Origin: Octopus sinensis
Taxonomy: Eukaryota
Length of the DNA: 64,000 nucleotides
Reading direction: 5' to 3'
Assembly (NCBI RefSeq): GCF_006345805.1
Contig: NC_043019.1
Coordinates: 1,674,001 to 1,738,000 of the forward strand
The translations under genes were made by a program, and so were the position numbers. Below are positions 38,477 through 51,873 of the stretch, piece by piece (the first letter of the stretch is position 1; each line of letters begins with the position of its first letter). The notes beneath the pieces were generated by a model that searched no databases, had not been told where the DNA came from, and was given only the letters and a program-made list of their open reading frames with translations.

Positions 38477-38701
38477 TTTCTTTATTGCCCACAAGTTGCT
38501 AAACATAGAGAGGACAAACAAGGATAGACTAAGGGATGAAGTCGATTACACCGATCCCAGTACGTAACTGGTACTTTATTTATCGACCCCGAAAGGATGA
38601 AAGTCAAAGTCGACCTCGGCGGAATTTGAACTGAGAACTTAACGGCAGACGAAATATCGTAAGCATTTGGCCGGCGCGCTAACGTCTCTGCTAGCTCGCC
38701 T

Positions 38702-38702
<1 letters not shown>
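38477..38702 (-). mobile_element. SINE family B
   Basis: Consensus match. Confidence 0.9.
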
Positions 38703-38775
<73 letters not shown>

Positions 38776-38833
38776 CTGGGATAAATATGGTTATCAGTAA
38801 CATGTATATATATATATGTATTATATATATATA

Positions 38834-38869
<36 letters not shown>

Positions 38870-40019
38870 TGATGTATGTGTATGTATATATATACATATA
38901 TTTATATATATAATTAGAGAAAGGGTAGATATATTATTCATGGTAATTTCATCCACAAAGCGACTGATATTCATTAAATAAGTACGTGTCTTGTGATCTC
39001 GCATTGATTCAAAACATTCTGTTGGACTATTTTCACGGTAATGTTAAAAGTATATATTTATTGAATATACACCAGACAGTATATGTAACCTTAATAAACA
39101 TGCACAGACGCTCGCACGCACACACACGTAAACACACGCGCACCAATGTATACACACACATGTGTATATACTTAATACCATTAGAATTTATAACTTTCGA
39201 TCGAACGTAATTTTTTTTTCTTTTATTGGTAACGGTAGATATCGAAGCACATATTCAAAAACATTTTTCAAACCAATATTTAAACTTTGTTATACGTACA
39301 TGCATATACACACATACGAATACATACACACACTCACACACGCACACATAAGTACACACGCACACCAGATAGACGAAGTTTAATTCCCAATATGCAAATA
39401 AAGATATTCTGGATAAAATATTTAAGGAGTGCATATACACAACTACTCAAGCGTATTTAATGCACACAATATGTGTCTATTTGAATCAAACTACTGTGTA
39501 GACTTTTAGACACGAAGTGATTTACGCCATACAACTTATACATACATATATATATGCTTGTGCCTGTGTGTGCGTGTGTGTGTGTGTGTGTTTCTGTGGC
39601 TTTTCACCTCATCAGCCACTGTTGCACTAAGATTAATTAATAATTCTGCACGCATACATTTGTGTGCTTAATATGTATACATGTACAGTTATGTCTGTGT
39701 GTATATACAAATTACACAAATAATATATATGTATGTATATATATATATATATTGATACTATACTTAGAATCGCTTCACCATAGGTAAACGTTAAGCAATA
39801 ATTTATATTCTTTGTTACATGATTATTAGTTGACTACAGTCAATATAAGAGCTAACGGCTTAAATTATGGCATAAATTATCATATATTTGCTTCCAAAAG
39901 TTTAAGTCAAGTTGTGGCTGAAGCAATTTTTTACATAACAGATAATAATGATAGCAAACTGGCACTTCGTATCAATGCATATATACCTATATGAAGAAGA
40001 GATGTATTTTAAAATCAAT

Positions 40020-41250
40020 TCGCGTCCCGGCGAGAAAAATTCTTAGCAGCATTTCGTCCATATTTACGTTCTGATGTTAAATTCTTATTTCTTTATTACC
40101 CACAAGGGGCTAAATATAGAGGGGACTAACAAGGACAGACATAGGTATTAAGTCGATTACATCGACCCCAATGCGTAACTGGTACTTATTTAATCGACCC
40201 CGAAAGGATGAAAGGTAAAGTCAACCTCGGCGGAATTTGAACTCACAACGTAACGGCAGACGAAATACCGCTAAGCATTTCGCCCGGCGCGCTAACGTTT
40301 CTGCCAGCTCGCCGCCTTAAGTGATGTTAAATTCCACCGAGGTCGACTTTGATTTTCACTCTTTCGGAGTCGATAAAATGAGTACCTGTTAAGGACTGGG
40401 GTCGATGTAATCGACTTACTCATCCCCGAATTTGCTGGCTTTGTGCCGAAATTTGAAACCAATATTTTTATAAAACAATAACAATAATAATTAGTAGTCT
40501 AGCACTTCATATCAATGTATATACACCTAAATGACGCAGAAATGTATTTTGATATCAATTGCCTTAAAGACGGTGAGATGACACAATCGTAAGCACGTGG
40601 AGAAAAACGCTTAGTAGCAAGTCGTCCGTTCTTTTACGTTTCGATTTCAAATACCCGCGAAGTGGCCCTTACCTTTCATCGACTCGGGGTCGATAAAATA
40701 AGTACCAGCTGAGTACTCGGGTTGAGGTAAACGACTAACCCCCTGCGAAGTTGCTGGCATGATACCAAAATCTGAAACCAGTATCAATTCACTTCAATCA
40801 CAGACATATACTTGTTATTTGGTATTCAGTTAAGACGGTGTACTGGTAGAATTGTTAGCGCATCAACAAAATGCCCGACGACGTTTCTTCCTCTTTTGCG
40901 TTCTGAATTGAAATTCTACCGCGGTCGAGTTCGCCTTTTACTCTCTTTTGGTATCAATGAAATAAGCGCTAGCTGAGCAGCGCATTTAACAGTTGGTATA
41001 ACTGACATATCCCTGCATCCAAAATTCCAAGCTTCGTTGCCTACATTAGAAGGAATTGCTTCATGTTCAAATCAATACTTTGTTTTTACAAATACTTTGT
41101 TTGGTTGGTTGTATTTCTATTTGTAAAGTTTTATCCAGACGAAGAAGTATAAAAATGTGACTTTGAAAGAATGAAAGGCAAAGTCGACCTCGATGGAATT
41201 TAAAATGAGAACGTAAACATGGACGAAATGCTGCTAAGAATTTTTCCCGC
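40020..41250. mobile_element. SINE B cluster; a young minus-strand copy (40085-40321) is nested in an older plus-strand copy
   Basis: 13-bp TSD TGATGTTAAATTC at 40072-40084 and 40322-40334; further old copies at about 40566, 40832 and 41165. Confidence 0.88.
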
Positions 41251-42069
41251 CTGTATGTGAATTGATTTTAAAATACATCTCTTCGTTATATAGGTATATA
41301 TGCTTTTATATGAAGCGCCAGTTTACTATTATTATTATCTTTTATATCAAACATAGCTACGGCCATCAATGTAGCAATGATGATAATACTTAGCTGTGCA
41401 TCAAGTCCGATGATCAGAACGGACGAATTTTTTTTAGACTGGAGTAGTAAACGAAATATTTACAATAGAGGTGGTTTGCTTAAATGATGGATTAAAACCA
41501 GCTACAGAAATTTACTCAAACGACACTTTACTTGAGATTTCAGAGTGTTTGCATCTAGATTTTATACCCAAAGCTTTAACAGATCCGAAAGCTTTGACAG
41601 AAGACGTTAGGTCTATGTGCCGAAGAGTAGAATTGAACATGAAACTACATTTTTACAAAAGGAGATTCTAGTCACATGACTGTGTCTGTATCTTGGATTT
41701 AAATATTAATTATTTATGTTGAACAGTGTAATGAAGAGTGTAATGTAAGAGTGTAATGTAAGAGTGTAATGAAAACTGAACAAAACTCAGAAAAGACTAT
41801 TTCGTGTTGTTATCGTGCATTTGTTGGACGCCATTGTAACAAAAGACTGTATTTGTCGGTCTTCATTTTGTATAAATGAATACATACAACGTATACTTGT
41901 AGCATTCAGTTATAAGCTAAGTACTCACCACCTGAGACTAGTACTTAGGCCTAAAATAATCTGGTCGGATAATATTTGCGAGCTCATTAAAACTGAAGGG
42001 ATGCATCGAAGCGAGCGTTGGTAAAAACACAAATTGATATTAATGATAACAGAACATTTTCACCAAGTT

Positions 42070-42186
42070 TCGCGGAGCTTTAGGTGTTTTCGCTCAATAA
42101 ACACTCACAACGCCCGGTCTGGGAATCGAAACCGCGATCCTACGACCGCGAGTCCGCTGCCCTAACCACTGGGCCATTGCGCCTCC
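42070..42186 (-). mobile_element. SINE family C head only
   Basis: Close match to the 36590-36694 head. Confidence 0.88.
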
Positions 42187-42419
42187 TGGAAACACATTAT
42201 TTAGTATATCACCACTTTATCGCTGTGTTTTAGGAAGATTTCATTCCCATTTTCATGGCCAAAGGCATCCTAGCCGTAAGCAGCCGGTTTATATGTTCAT
42301 TAGTTAGTGGATATATACATTTTTGAAACTCACTGTATTATGTGAGAGAGATCTGGCTACTGCTATATGTATATAAGGTCTTTATGTATGTATACATAAA
42401 TATACGTAAATTTATATGT

Positions 42420-42489
42420 AGGCAAGTTTCTTCTGCTCTAACAAATTCCTTGTGAGTGGATTTGGTACACGAAAACCGAAAGAAACCCG

Positions 42490-42541
<52 letters not shown>

Positions 42542-42790
42542 ATGTGTGTGTGTGTGTATGTGTGTGTGTGTGTGTATTTTTGGGTGTCTGTGTTTGTCTC
42601 CATCATAATCGCTTGACAACAGGTGCTGGTGTGTTTACGTCCCCGTAAGCTTGCGGTTCGGTAAAAGAGACTGATAGAATAAGTACTAGGCTTACAAATA
42701 ATAGGTCCTGAGGTCGTTTTGTTCGACTGAAAAGGCAATGCTCCAGCATGACCGCAATCAAATGACTGAAACAGGTAAAAGACTAAAAGA
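42420..42790 (+). mobile_element. SINE family A, 5'-truncated
   Basis: Consensus match. Confidence 0.85.
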
Positions 42791-42890
42791 ATATGTGTAT
42801 ATATTTTTATTTATTTATTGTTTTGTTTCATCTAGTTTCAGCTCACGAGCTGTGGCCATGCTGGGGCACCGCCATTTATATATATATATA

Positions 42891-44494
42891 TATATGAAAA
42901 AACAAGTCAAAATAGAAAATGCTAAAATAATTTTATAGTGAACATTTCAGTACCGGTTTCGGTCATTTTGAGACCCTTTCAACTGTAACGATTAAATAAT
43001 TAAATTTAGAAAAATTAGAAGAAAAGTTTTTTTAAAGGAATATTTCTATAGTAGTGTTCAGATATAAGTGGCATTCTGCCTTTCTCTGACTCCCTTGTTT
43101 GCACTTGTGTGTTCGAGGTCGTTGTGAGTTCTTGGTTGGGTAGAAGAAGGAGAAGGCTGATGAGGAGAGGGGTAGAAAAATCTGGGAGTGCCCTGATGGT
43201 CGTATTTTGAATGGTCAGTGGCGGCTAGCAGTCGCAGTTCATTTCAGGAGAATATTTCTATTTGTGGAATTCGCGTTTGTGGAATTTGCGTAGGTGTTAT
43301 ACTAAAAAGCATATAAGTGTAACAAGTTAAGAAGTGAAGAAGAAGAAGAAGCAGAAGAAGAGAGAGAAGTAAGAAGACGAAGAAGAAGAGAAGAAGAAGG
43401 ATGTGTGATGATGCTGATGATGAAGAAGAAGAAGAAGGAGAAGGAGAAGATGATGATGATGATGATGGTGGTGATGATGATGGTGGTGATGATGATGACG
43501 ACGATGATGATGATAATGATGATGATAATGATGATGATGAAGAAGAAGAGGAAGGAGAAGAAAAAAAACAGAGAAGGGAGTATATGAATGGGTGAAAGTA
43601 GTGAGGTGTTGTATGACTTGAAGTTGGCATGTTATGGAGTATAGCTGTGATTGGGGCTGATTAGTAATGGATTCTTTGGAATGTAATATTTGTGTGTGTA
43701 TATTTCTTTTATTCTAAAGTTGAGGTATATTAATTGTTTGTCGTAGACCCGTTAAGAAGTGGCCTGTATTTTGTAATAAAGAGAGTTTCTTTACTTATTC
43801 ATTGTCTCGAGGTTGTATCGTCCCTGAATTGGTAGAGGGGGAAAGAGGAAAATCCTGAAGCTTGGTGTTTTTTTGTTGGCGCAAGTATCTATGTGTTGGC
43901 TAAAAGCTATTTTTCTGTTTTGGGGAATTTTTATCTGGGATCTGTGCAGGGCCATTCGTTTACGCAAACTTTTTTTGTTTGCCTATGTAATGCTCTTGAC
44001 AACCGGAGCAGGTTAGTGAGTATATTAGGTTCTCCGAAGCACATGTGAAGTTGCTTTTCACTGTAAACCGTTTGTCCCTGTTTGAAGGAGAACTCTGATC
44101 CCTCAATTAGATAGTCGCATATCCCGCAATTGGGTCTTCCACATTTTTTACTGTCGGCTTCTGTGTTGAAGAGTGAATTCGGGCTTGTGTTAGGAGACTT
44201 TTCATGGAATTAGGCTGTCTCTTGCTTTTTATGATCGTGGTTTGGAGGATTGTGTTCATTCTGTGGTCTTTGTTTAGGAGGGGTATGTTGTGGAGGATGG
44301 TGCCGAAGGCTTCGTTATTGAGAGGGTTGTGTGTGGAGATGTATGGTAAGGCTTTTGGTTGTAAGTTTTTCTTTGATTTGGGATGTCTCAGTTCCTTGAT
44401 GTTAAGTGAAGGGCACGTTGAATGCACTTGTCAATAAGTGAAGGTGGATAGTTCCTGGTGATAAGGGTATCTTGACTTGTTTTTTCATATATAT
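42891..44494 (-). mobile_element. 5'-truncated Penelope-like element (RT thumb/linker, GIY-YIG endonuclease, pLTR)
   Basis: About 43731-44480, frameshifted: LITRNYPPSLIDKCIQRA...LPYISTHNP...IIKSKRQPNSMKSLL...KCGRPNCGICDY...FTCASENLIYSLTCSGCQEHYIG...RKRMALHRSQI...FITKYRPLLN. Degenerate hammerhead at 42948-42985. Confidence 0.88.
43335..43575. repeat. (GAA)n/(GAT)n simple repeat
   Basis: Direct reading. Confidence 0.95.
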
Positions 44495-44581
44495 CAACTC
44501 GTGTGTTCCTTTTCACCATATAATATATATAATATATATAATATATGTATATATATATATATATTATATATATATATATAT

Positions 44582-45184
44582 ACAAATTGAGATAGGGGTT
44601 GTAAATGCAACCCTCTATGGGATAGCCTATACCCAATATACTGCTAGTGAAGTACCCAACAAAGTTAATACATAAATGTTAATGATTGCGATGCAATCAA
44701 TTCATTTACTGTATTATATGGGCAAAGGTTAAATGATTTACCACAAGTTACTAATACAAGATAAGAAAATGGAGAAATACATCTATATCAAATATCAATT
44801 ACCAGATAATACTCAATCACATACTTTATTAAACCACCTCATAAGAGACTGTAGGGTTAAATATAAAAGGCAGAACAAATCAGTGTACATAAAGGAATGT
44901 ACATAAAAAAGTGTACACAAAAGAGTAACGTTGTATAATAATTAGAATATATATAAAAAAGAATATAAATACAAGTAATATAATATAAGTATAAATTTGA
45001 TCTAATTTATACTCTTTTATGTACACTTTTTTTATGTACATTCCTTTATGTACTCTGATTTGTTCTGCTTTTTATATTTAACCCTACAGTCTCTTATGTG
45101 GTGGTTTAATAAAGTCTGTGATTGAATATTGATCTGGTAATTGATATTTGATTTAGATGTATTTCTCCATTTTCTTATCTTGTA
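44582..45184. mobile_element. TA-flanked element with about 170-bp inverted arms
   Basis: 44755-44927 is the reverse complement of 45010-45184; the left side carries about 170 extra bases. Confidence 0.8.
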
Positions 45185-45193
45185 TATTATATA

Positions 45194-45239
<46 letters not shown>

Positions 45240-45743
45240 TATAGTATGTATGTTGTATATATAGATGATATATTATATTGTTTATTGTATATATTATATA
45301 TATATATATATAGTATATGTATATATGTATATGTGTCTATATGTATATACGTAAGTATATGTGTGTTTGTTTGTATGTGTGTATGTATGTATGTATGTAT
45401 GTACCACAGAGTTACTAAATGATAAGATGATTTAATGAAGGTACGAGCAGCCATCGTTCCTTGGGTGTGAGTGGTGCAATGAAATTTTATGACCATAAAA
45501 CAATAAAAGCTTGTTAGATTAATTCGTTTCACGATAATAAAAGGAGCGATTATAAAAATAGCTAAACTAAGAAAATTGTATGATCAGATAGACAGACAGA
45601 TACCTCCCTACACACGTACATAGAGAGAGAGGGAGATTTGGGAGTTTGATGGATTAATATAGATGTTGAAAATTAATGATGACAGCAGTTTGCAATGTTT
45701 CTCCATAAAGGAAAACTATAATACTCACTTAATGTAACTAGTT

Positions 45744-46146
45744 GACTCTTTTACTGCTTTCAGTCATTTGACTATGGCCATGTTGTAGCATCGCCTTTAG
45801 TCGAGCAAATCAACCCCAGGGCTTATTCTTTGTAAGCCTAGTACTTATTCTATCGGTCTCTTTTTGCCGAAACGCTAAGTTACGGGGACGTAAACACACC
45901 AGCATCGGTTGTCAAGCGATGTTGGGAGGACAAACACAGACACACAAACATATACACACACAAACACACACACACATATATACGACGGGCTTCATTCAGT
46001 TTGCGTCTGCCAATTCCACTCACTTGGCTTTCGTCGGCCCGAGGCTATAGTAGAAGATACTTGCCTAAGGTGCCACGCAGTGGGACTGAACCCGGGACCA
46101 TGTGGTTCGTAAGCAAGCTACTTACCACACAACCACTCCTACGCCT
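45744..46146 (-). mobile_element. SINE family A, full length
   Basis: Consensus match. Confidence 0.9.
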
Positions 46147-46499
46147 TTATGTTAGTTAAAAACACGTACATCGCTAGAAATGAGTTCTAAAGGGCTCTAA
46201 TGTTGTAGGAACAATTATGTGATTTGACTACAGTACTAGTGCAATTTAGTTCTTATTTCCAGCAATCTAGTTGTTTCTAACATAACGATTCCCATTTAGT
46301 GACGATTATGTGTGAGTGATTGTGTGTTTGTGTGTGTGTGTGTGTGGTATGTGTATGTGTGCGTGTGTTTTTGTGTGTGTGTGTGTGCCTGTTTTCTTGT
46401 GATTTACCTTGGATATATTGCGCATTGTTCCCGACTTAGCAAATAATTTTATATAATACATTCCTCACAATGCTTCATACTAACTATTCCTTTATACAT

Positions 46500-46609
46500 A
46501 TAGAGAGAGGTGGATAGGTGGGAGAGAGGGGGAGAGAGGGAGAGAGACAGGAGAGGGAGAGAGACAGGAGAGGGAGAGTTAGACAGAAAGATAGACAGAC
46601 AGGTAGATG

Positions 46610-46688
<79 letters not shown>

Positions 46689-46749
46689 GAATGGATAGAT
46701 AGATGGATAGATAGATGGATGGATGGATGGATGGATGGATAGATAGATG

Positions 46750-46804
<55 letters not shown>

Positions 46805-46960
46805 GGATGGATAGATGGATAGATAGATGGATGGATGGATGGATGGATGGATGGATGGATGGATTGATAGATAGATAGATAGATAGATACATAGATACAT
46901 AGATAGATAGATAGATAGATAGACAGATAGATGGATAGATAGATAGATCGACAGATAGAT
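46500..46960. repeat. (GA)-rich then (GATA)n/(GGAT)n array
   Basis: Direct reading. Confidence 0.95.
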
Positions 46961-47616
46961 AACCAAGTAATTCAGACGGTATTAAGATATTGAATAGGCT
47001 GTATTTTAAACCAGATTAGTAATAATAATTAGTCCAGACCGGTATATAGAGATACAGACAGAGATTAATAGAAAAATAGGCTGAGAGCCATAAGAAATAT
47101 TATAATCCTATTCAAACGATGGCGCATTTAAATCTAAGAAGATATATTCATGCAGTGAGACAAAGTGATAAACGGACAGAAAATATAGAGAGATTTTAGT
47201 GCTGATTTATGATGTGAATTAAACATCAAAAGTAATTAGGTGTATAATTATACTGTGACGACAAATTATAGTGATTGTATACAATAATTTCGGCCAGCAG
47301 GTGAGATAACACCAGGTATGTTTCAATCCTTTGAGATCTCAAAAGTAAAACAGTGGGCTATATATTATTTCATGATTTATTTTTTTTACTTGTTTCTCTC
47401 ACTAAACTGCGGCCATGCTAGAGTACCGTCTTCAAGACCTCGCTGTCGAATGAGTTACCATAGTATATTGTATTTGCTCTATTTTTAAGATCAAATACTT
47501 ACTCTAGCTATCTCTTTTGCCGAACAGCTAAATTCACGGAAATGTAAACTCAACAACACCGATTTTCACACACACACACAAACACACAAACACACAAACA
47601 CACACACACAAAATAA

Positions 47617-48256
47617 ACTCTTTACTCTTTTACTTGTTTCAGTCATTTTACTGCGGCCATGCTGGAGCACCGCTTTAGTCGAGCAAATCGACCCCGGGAC
47701 TTATACTTTGTAAGCCCAGTACTTATTCTATCGGTCTTTTTTGCCGAACCGCTAGGTGACGGGGACGTAAACACACCAGCATCGGTTGTCAAGCAATGCT
47801 AGAGGGACAAACACAGACACACAAACATATACACACACACACTTATATATATACATATATACGACAGGCTTCTTTCAGTTTCCGTCTACCAAATCCACTC
47901 ACAAGGGGCTATAACAGAAGACACTTGCCCAAGATGCCACGCAGTGGGACTGAACCCGGAACCATGTGGCTGGTTAGCAAGCTACTTACCACACAACCAC
48001 TCCTTATTTCTTTACTACCCACAAGGGGCTAAACATAGAGGGGACAAACAAGGACAGACAAAGGGATTAAGTCGATTACATCGACCCGCAGTGCGTAACT
48101 GGCACTTAATTTATCGAGCCCGAAAGGATGAAAGACAAAGTCAACCTCGGTGGAATTTGAACTCAGAATGTAACGGCAGACGAGATACGGCTACGCATTT
48201 CGCCCGGCGTGCTAACGATTCTGGCAGCTCGCCGCCCACACAGCCACTCCTGCGCC
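47617..48256 (-). mobile_element. SINE family A with a family B SINE (48004-48236) nested in its head
   Basis: TSD CACACAACCACTCCT / CACACAGCCACTCCT. Confidence 0.9.
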
Positions 48257-49147
48257 TATATATAAACAAACATATGTGTGTGTGTTCCAGCATGGCTGCA
48301 GTCAAATGACTGAAACAAGTAAAAGAATATATACGACGGTCTAATTTCAATTTTCGTCAACCAATCCCGGTCACAAAGCTTTGGTCGGTTTGAGACTATA
48401 GTAGAAGTGACGAACCCGAAGTGTCACACAGTGGGACTGAACCCATAACCTTGTGGTTGGGAGTTGACCTCTTACTACACAGCCACGCCAACTGAGTCGG
48501 CATAAAAGAATCTTATTATTAATTACTCGGTGTAGAAGAATAAGCGGAAACTTTTCAGTCAGTCAGTTTGTATAATGAGACAGTTTGTCTGAATGTGACG
48601 TGACAAGAAAAATCATTGGTAGATAATGGAGAGAATACTTGGTGAAGAGTCTTCTCTGAAAGTCATTTTATTTCCGAAAACAATATTTTGTGTTATATAT
48701 TCAAAGCGAAATTGATAATTTCCAAGAAAACCACTCATTATATAAACATTTATCGAAATATATGCAATATAGTAGAAATTGTCTTCCCTCTATAAAATAT
48801 CATTTGTATGTCGTATACAAATATTGAACAAATATTGAACCAGCTTGTCGATTTACTAATATTTCATACACGTCCGTACGAACTTGGTGCCAGTTATCCT
48901 TCGAACGAGGATTTTGTTTTGTTACTGGCTATTACTGGCGGTCAGCAATGTGATCGGAACGCCGCATGTAAATAAAATACATTTCAGCCCCATAATACCC
49001 AACCCCTCCACAACTCGTCTGACATATATTTTGCCGATCCCACATTGATATATATACATATATATATATAATATATATAATATATATATATATATATCTA
49101 TATATATATATATATATCTATATATATATTATATATAATATATATAT

Positions 49148-49213
<66 letters not shown>

Positions 49214-49319
49214 CAGCCATTCATAGAGGTTTTCCATCAATAAGTTTATGTATTGATGCAAAACTTCTATGAATGACTGATGGTTGCTCAACATTAATGA
49301 ACTAGATCTCAGAACTTAA

Positions 49320-49419
49320 NNNNNNNNNNNNNNNNNNNNNNNNNNNNNNNNNNNNNNNNNNNNNNNNNNNNNNNNNNNNNNNNNNNNNNNNNNNNNNNNN
49401 NNNNNNNNNNNNNNNNNNN
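49320..49419. other. Assembly gap (100 N)
   Basis: Run of N. Confidence 1.
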
Positions 49420-49531
49420 ATATGTATATATATGTATAATATGTATATATGTATATATGTATTATGTATTTAGATGTATATATATGTATATATGTATTAT
49501 AATATATATATAATGTAATAATATATATATA

Positions 49532-49740
49532 TTGTTATATTTCGGAATGGTCATTTTGCCAGTTTACCAATAAAAACACACGCACATATATTTTGGTGTT
49601 ACTTTGACTTCAGTGTAACACCAAATAATAGTGCGTGTGTTTTATTGGCTAAACTGGCAAAATGACCATTCCGAAATATAACAATATCGTTTCAACACAC
49701 GACTTCGCATAAAAAATCTTGCACAACAAATATTTAAATA
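49532..49740. mobile_element. Short inverted-repeat copy of the 16876-17445 family
   Basis: TTTCGGAATGGTCATTTTGCC...GTTAC mirrored by GTAAC...GGCAAAATGACCATTCCGAAA. Confidence 0.85.
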
Positions 49741-49864
49741 TATATATATATACACACTCGTAGTGCCGAAAAGTTCTTGGCTTTAAGGGTGTCGCGCGAA
49801 AGGCCCGTCTGTTGGTAGTGGTGGGGACGACGACGATGACCATGATGATGACGACAACGATGAT

Positions 49865-50400
49865 TTTTGTAGGGACTTCATTGCCCAATGTGAACATGAA
49901 ACTGAACATCGTAAACCCGATATTGTTCTAGCAGTCATGAAAGAAAAGTCGCGTCCGTTTTTAGACATGGTTTGCTGCAGTCAGAGCAGAATCACTGAAA
50001 ACGTAGGCAACAAACTGAGGGAAACTTTGAAGAGAATAATTAAAATTTCATACCTACTGGAAAAGTACTGTTCGTGTGGACAGAGCAGAATTGCCGAAAA
50101 AGAGTGGAACGAACAGACGTGAAATGAGGCTCTGAAGAGAGCAATTAAAAGTTATAGTCACTGGAAAATTGCTTTTGAGAAAAAATCGTGCCTGATCGCA
50201 GACATCATTTTCGACGGAAAAGGGGAAAAACTTAGATATGGATCCCTGAAGAGGGAAATTTAAGAAGCTATTGTTAGCGACAATCGTGCGTATTGTACCA
50301 ATGAAAATTGATTTCCTAGGTTCAGAGAGAAAAGAAATTGAAAAGTGATTGGCAAAGATTGGCATAAGACTTAGAATAGATCATCGTGAAAGTAGAATTT
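49865..50400 (+). pseudogene. Decayed RLE endonuclease region of an R4/Dong-type LINE
   Basis: RDFIAQCEHETEHRKPDIVL...FLDMVC..SRI and KLRYGSLKREI...VRIVPMKIDFLGS...EK*LAKIGIRLRI match the WDF.IQ.D..IEH.RPDIV...D...KY..L..EI motif. Confidence 0.75.
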
Positions 50401-50483
50401 CTTGAAATTTTTAACAGTGCAGAAGTCTGCGCAAAATTAATCTTGACTTGAAAAGATCATAACACTTGTCTTCATAGGAAGTG

Positions 50484-50700
50484 TGGAGGCGCGTGGCTAA
50501 GTGGTGAGGGTTCAGCATCATGATCGTAGGATTGTGGTTTCGATTCCTGGACCGGGCGATGCGTTGTTTTCTTGACCAAATCACTTCATTTCACGTTGCT
50601 CCAGTCGACTCAGCTGGCAAAAATGAGTAACACTGCGATGGACTAGGGTCCCATCTAGCTGGGGAAGACATACGCCATTGAAACCGGGAAACCGGGCTAT
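50484..50700 (+). mobile_element. SINE family D (tRNA head, CORE-like, Meta-like tail)
   Basis: GGAGGCGCGTGGCTAAGTGG...TTCGATTCC...CTTGACCAAATCACTTCATTTCACGTTGCTCCAG...CTGCGATGGACTAG. Confidence 0.85.
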
Positions 50701-50978
50701 CTGGTGTTGCTACACATCGCTGGTCACAATGCGCCTCGCATTGTTTTAACCTTCAGATGACACAAGTCTGCTGGCTAAGTGAGTAGGCCAACAGAAGAAC
50801 AAGTGAGAGAAAGTTGTGGCGAAAGAGTACAGCAGGGATCGCCACCAGCCCCTGCCGGAAGCTCGTGGAGCTTTAGGTGTTTTCGCTCAATAAACACTCA
50901 CAACGCCCGGTCCGGGAATCGAAACCGCGATCCTACAACCACAAGTCAGCTGCCTTAACCACTGGCCATTGCGCCTCC
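50701..50978 (-). mobile_element. SINE family C, tail type 3
   Basis: Homologous to 58140-58415. Confidence 0.88.
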
Positions 50979-51040
50979 ACACACACACGCACACACACAC
51001 ACACACACTCACTCAGACAAACTGTCTCTCTCTCTCTCTC

Positions 51041-51101
<61 letters not shown>

Positions 51102-51519
51102 TACACACACATATATATATATTCCATTATTATCATTATTATTAACCTCCTGGTCCTGGTAAAATTTATCAGGAATTCCATAAAATAACAAAAAAAAAAT
51201 GAAAAGTCAAAGAACTCATTTTTTATAGGGATTAAAATCTTGCATTTTTTAAAGCAATTCTTTTCATTCGAGATAAGAAGAATTTCAGTTACAATTTTAT
51301 GATGTCAACCATTTTTATTACATCAAACATTTTTACGAGATCAAATAATTTTTTACAACATTCGATATTTCACAGCGTTAGGTTGTGACGTTTATAACAA
51401 TTCTTTAAATTCTCATTTCACTGGGAACTTGTAAGTCTACATCATTCCCATCAGCATCATCATCATCCTCATCTTCGTCCTCGTTGTCATAATCATCATC
51501 ATCATCATCATTATTATTA

Positions 51520-51588
<69 letters not shown>

Positions 51589-51649
51589 CTATTATCATCA
51601 TCATCATTATTATTATTATCATTATTATTATTATTATTATTATTATCAT

Positions 51650-51840
51650 TCAGTAGTTCTATTTTTATAACGTGCGCAGCTCTGTGTGCCTTGGGTATGT
51701 GCTGTGATTTGTTGTGATGCTCTGATGGTTACTGTATTGAACGTGTTCTGCGTAGGATGTGTGGAATGCCTAGTAGTGCAATTTTCTGTATGTTATATGT
51801 GTTTGTAAGTCCTGGTGCTTTTGTTATGTATTTGTCTGTA
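51650..51840 (-). pseudogene. 3' end of an R4/Dong-type LINE between (TAA)n tracts
   Basis: DKYITKAPGLTNTYNIQKIALLGIPHILRRTRSIQ* plus a short UTR; (TTA)n on both sides. Confidence 0.85.

Positions 51841-51871
<31 letters not shown>

Positions 51872-51873
<2 letters not shown>

Noticed and set aside
41405-41440. CCGATGA...CGAA hammerhead-like motif
   Set aside because: No GAAA and no stem III.
43244-43630. Acidic D/E-rich and poly-S ORFs
   Set aside because: (GAA)/(GAT) simple repeat within the Penelope 3' region; no splice context.
49755-49800. Mariner-TIR-like GAAAAGTTCTTGGCTTTA
   Set aside because: Too short, with no partner TIR or transposase sequence.
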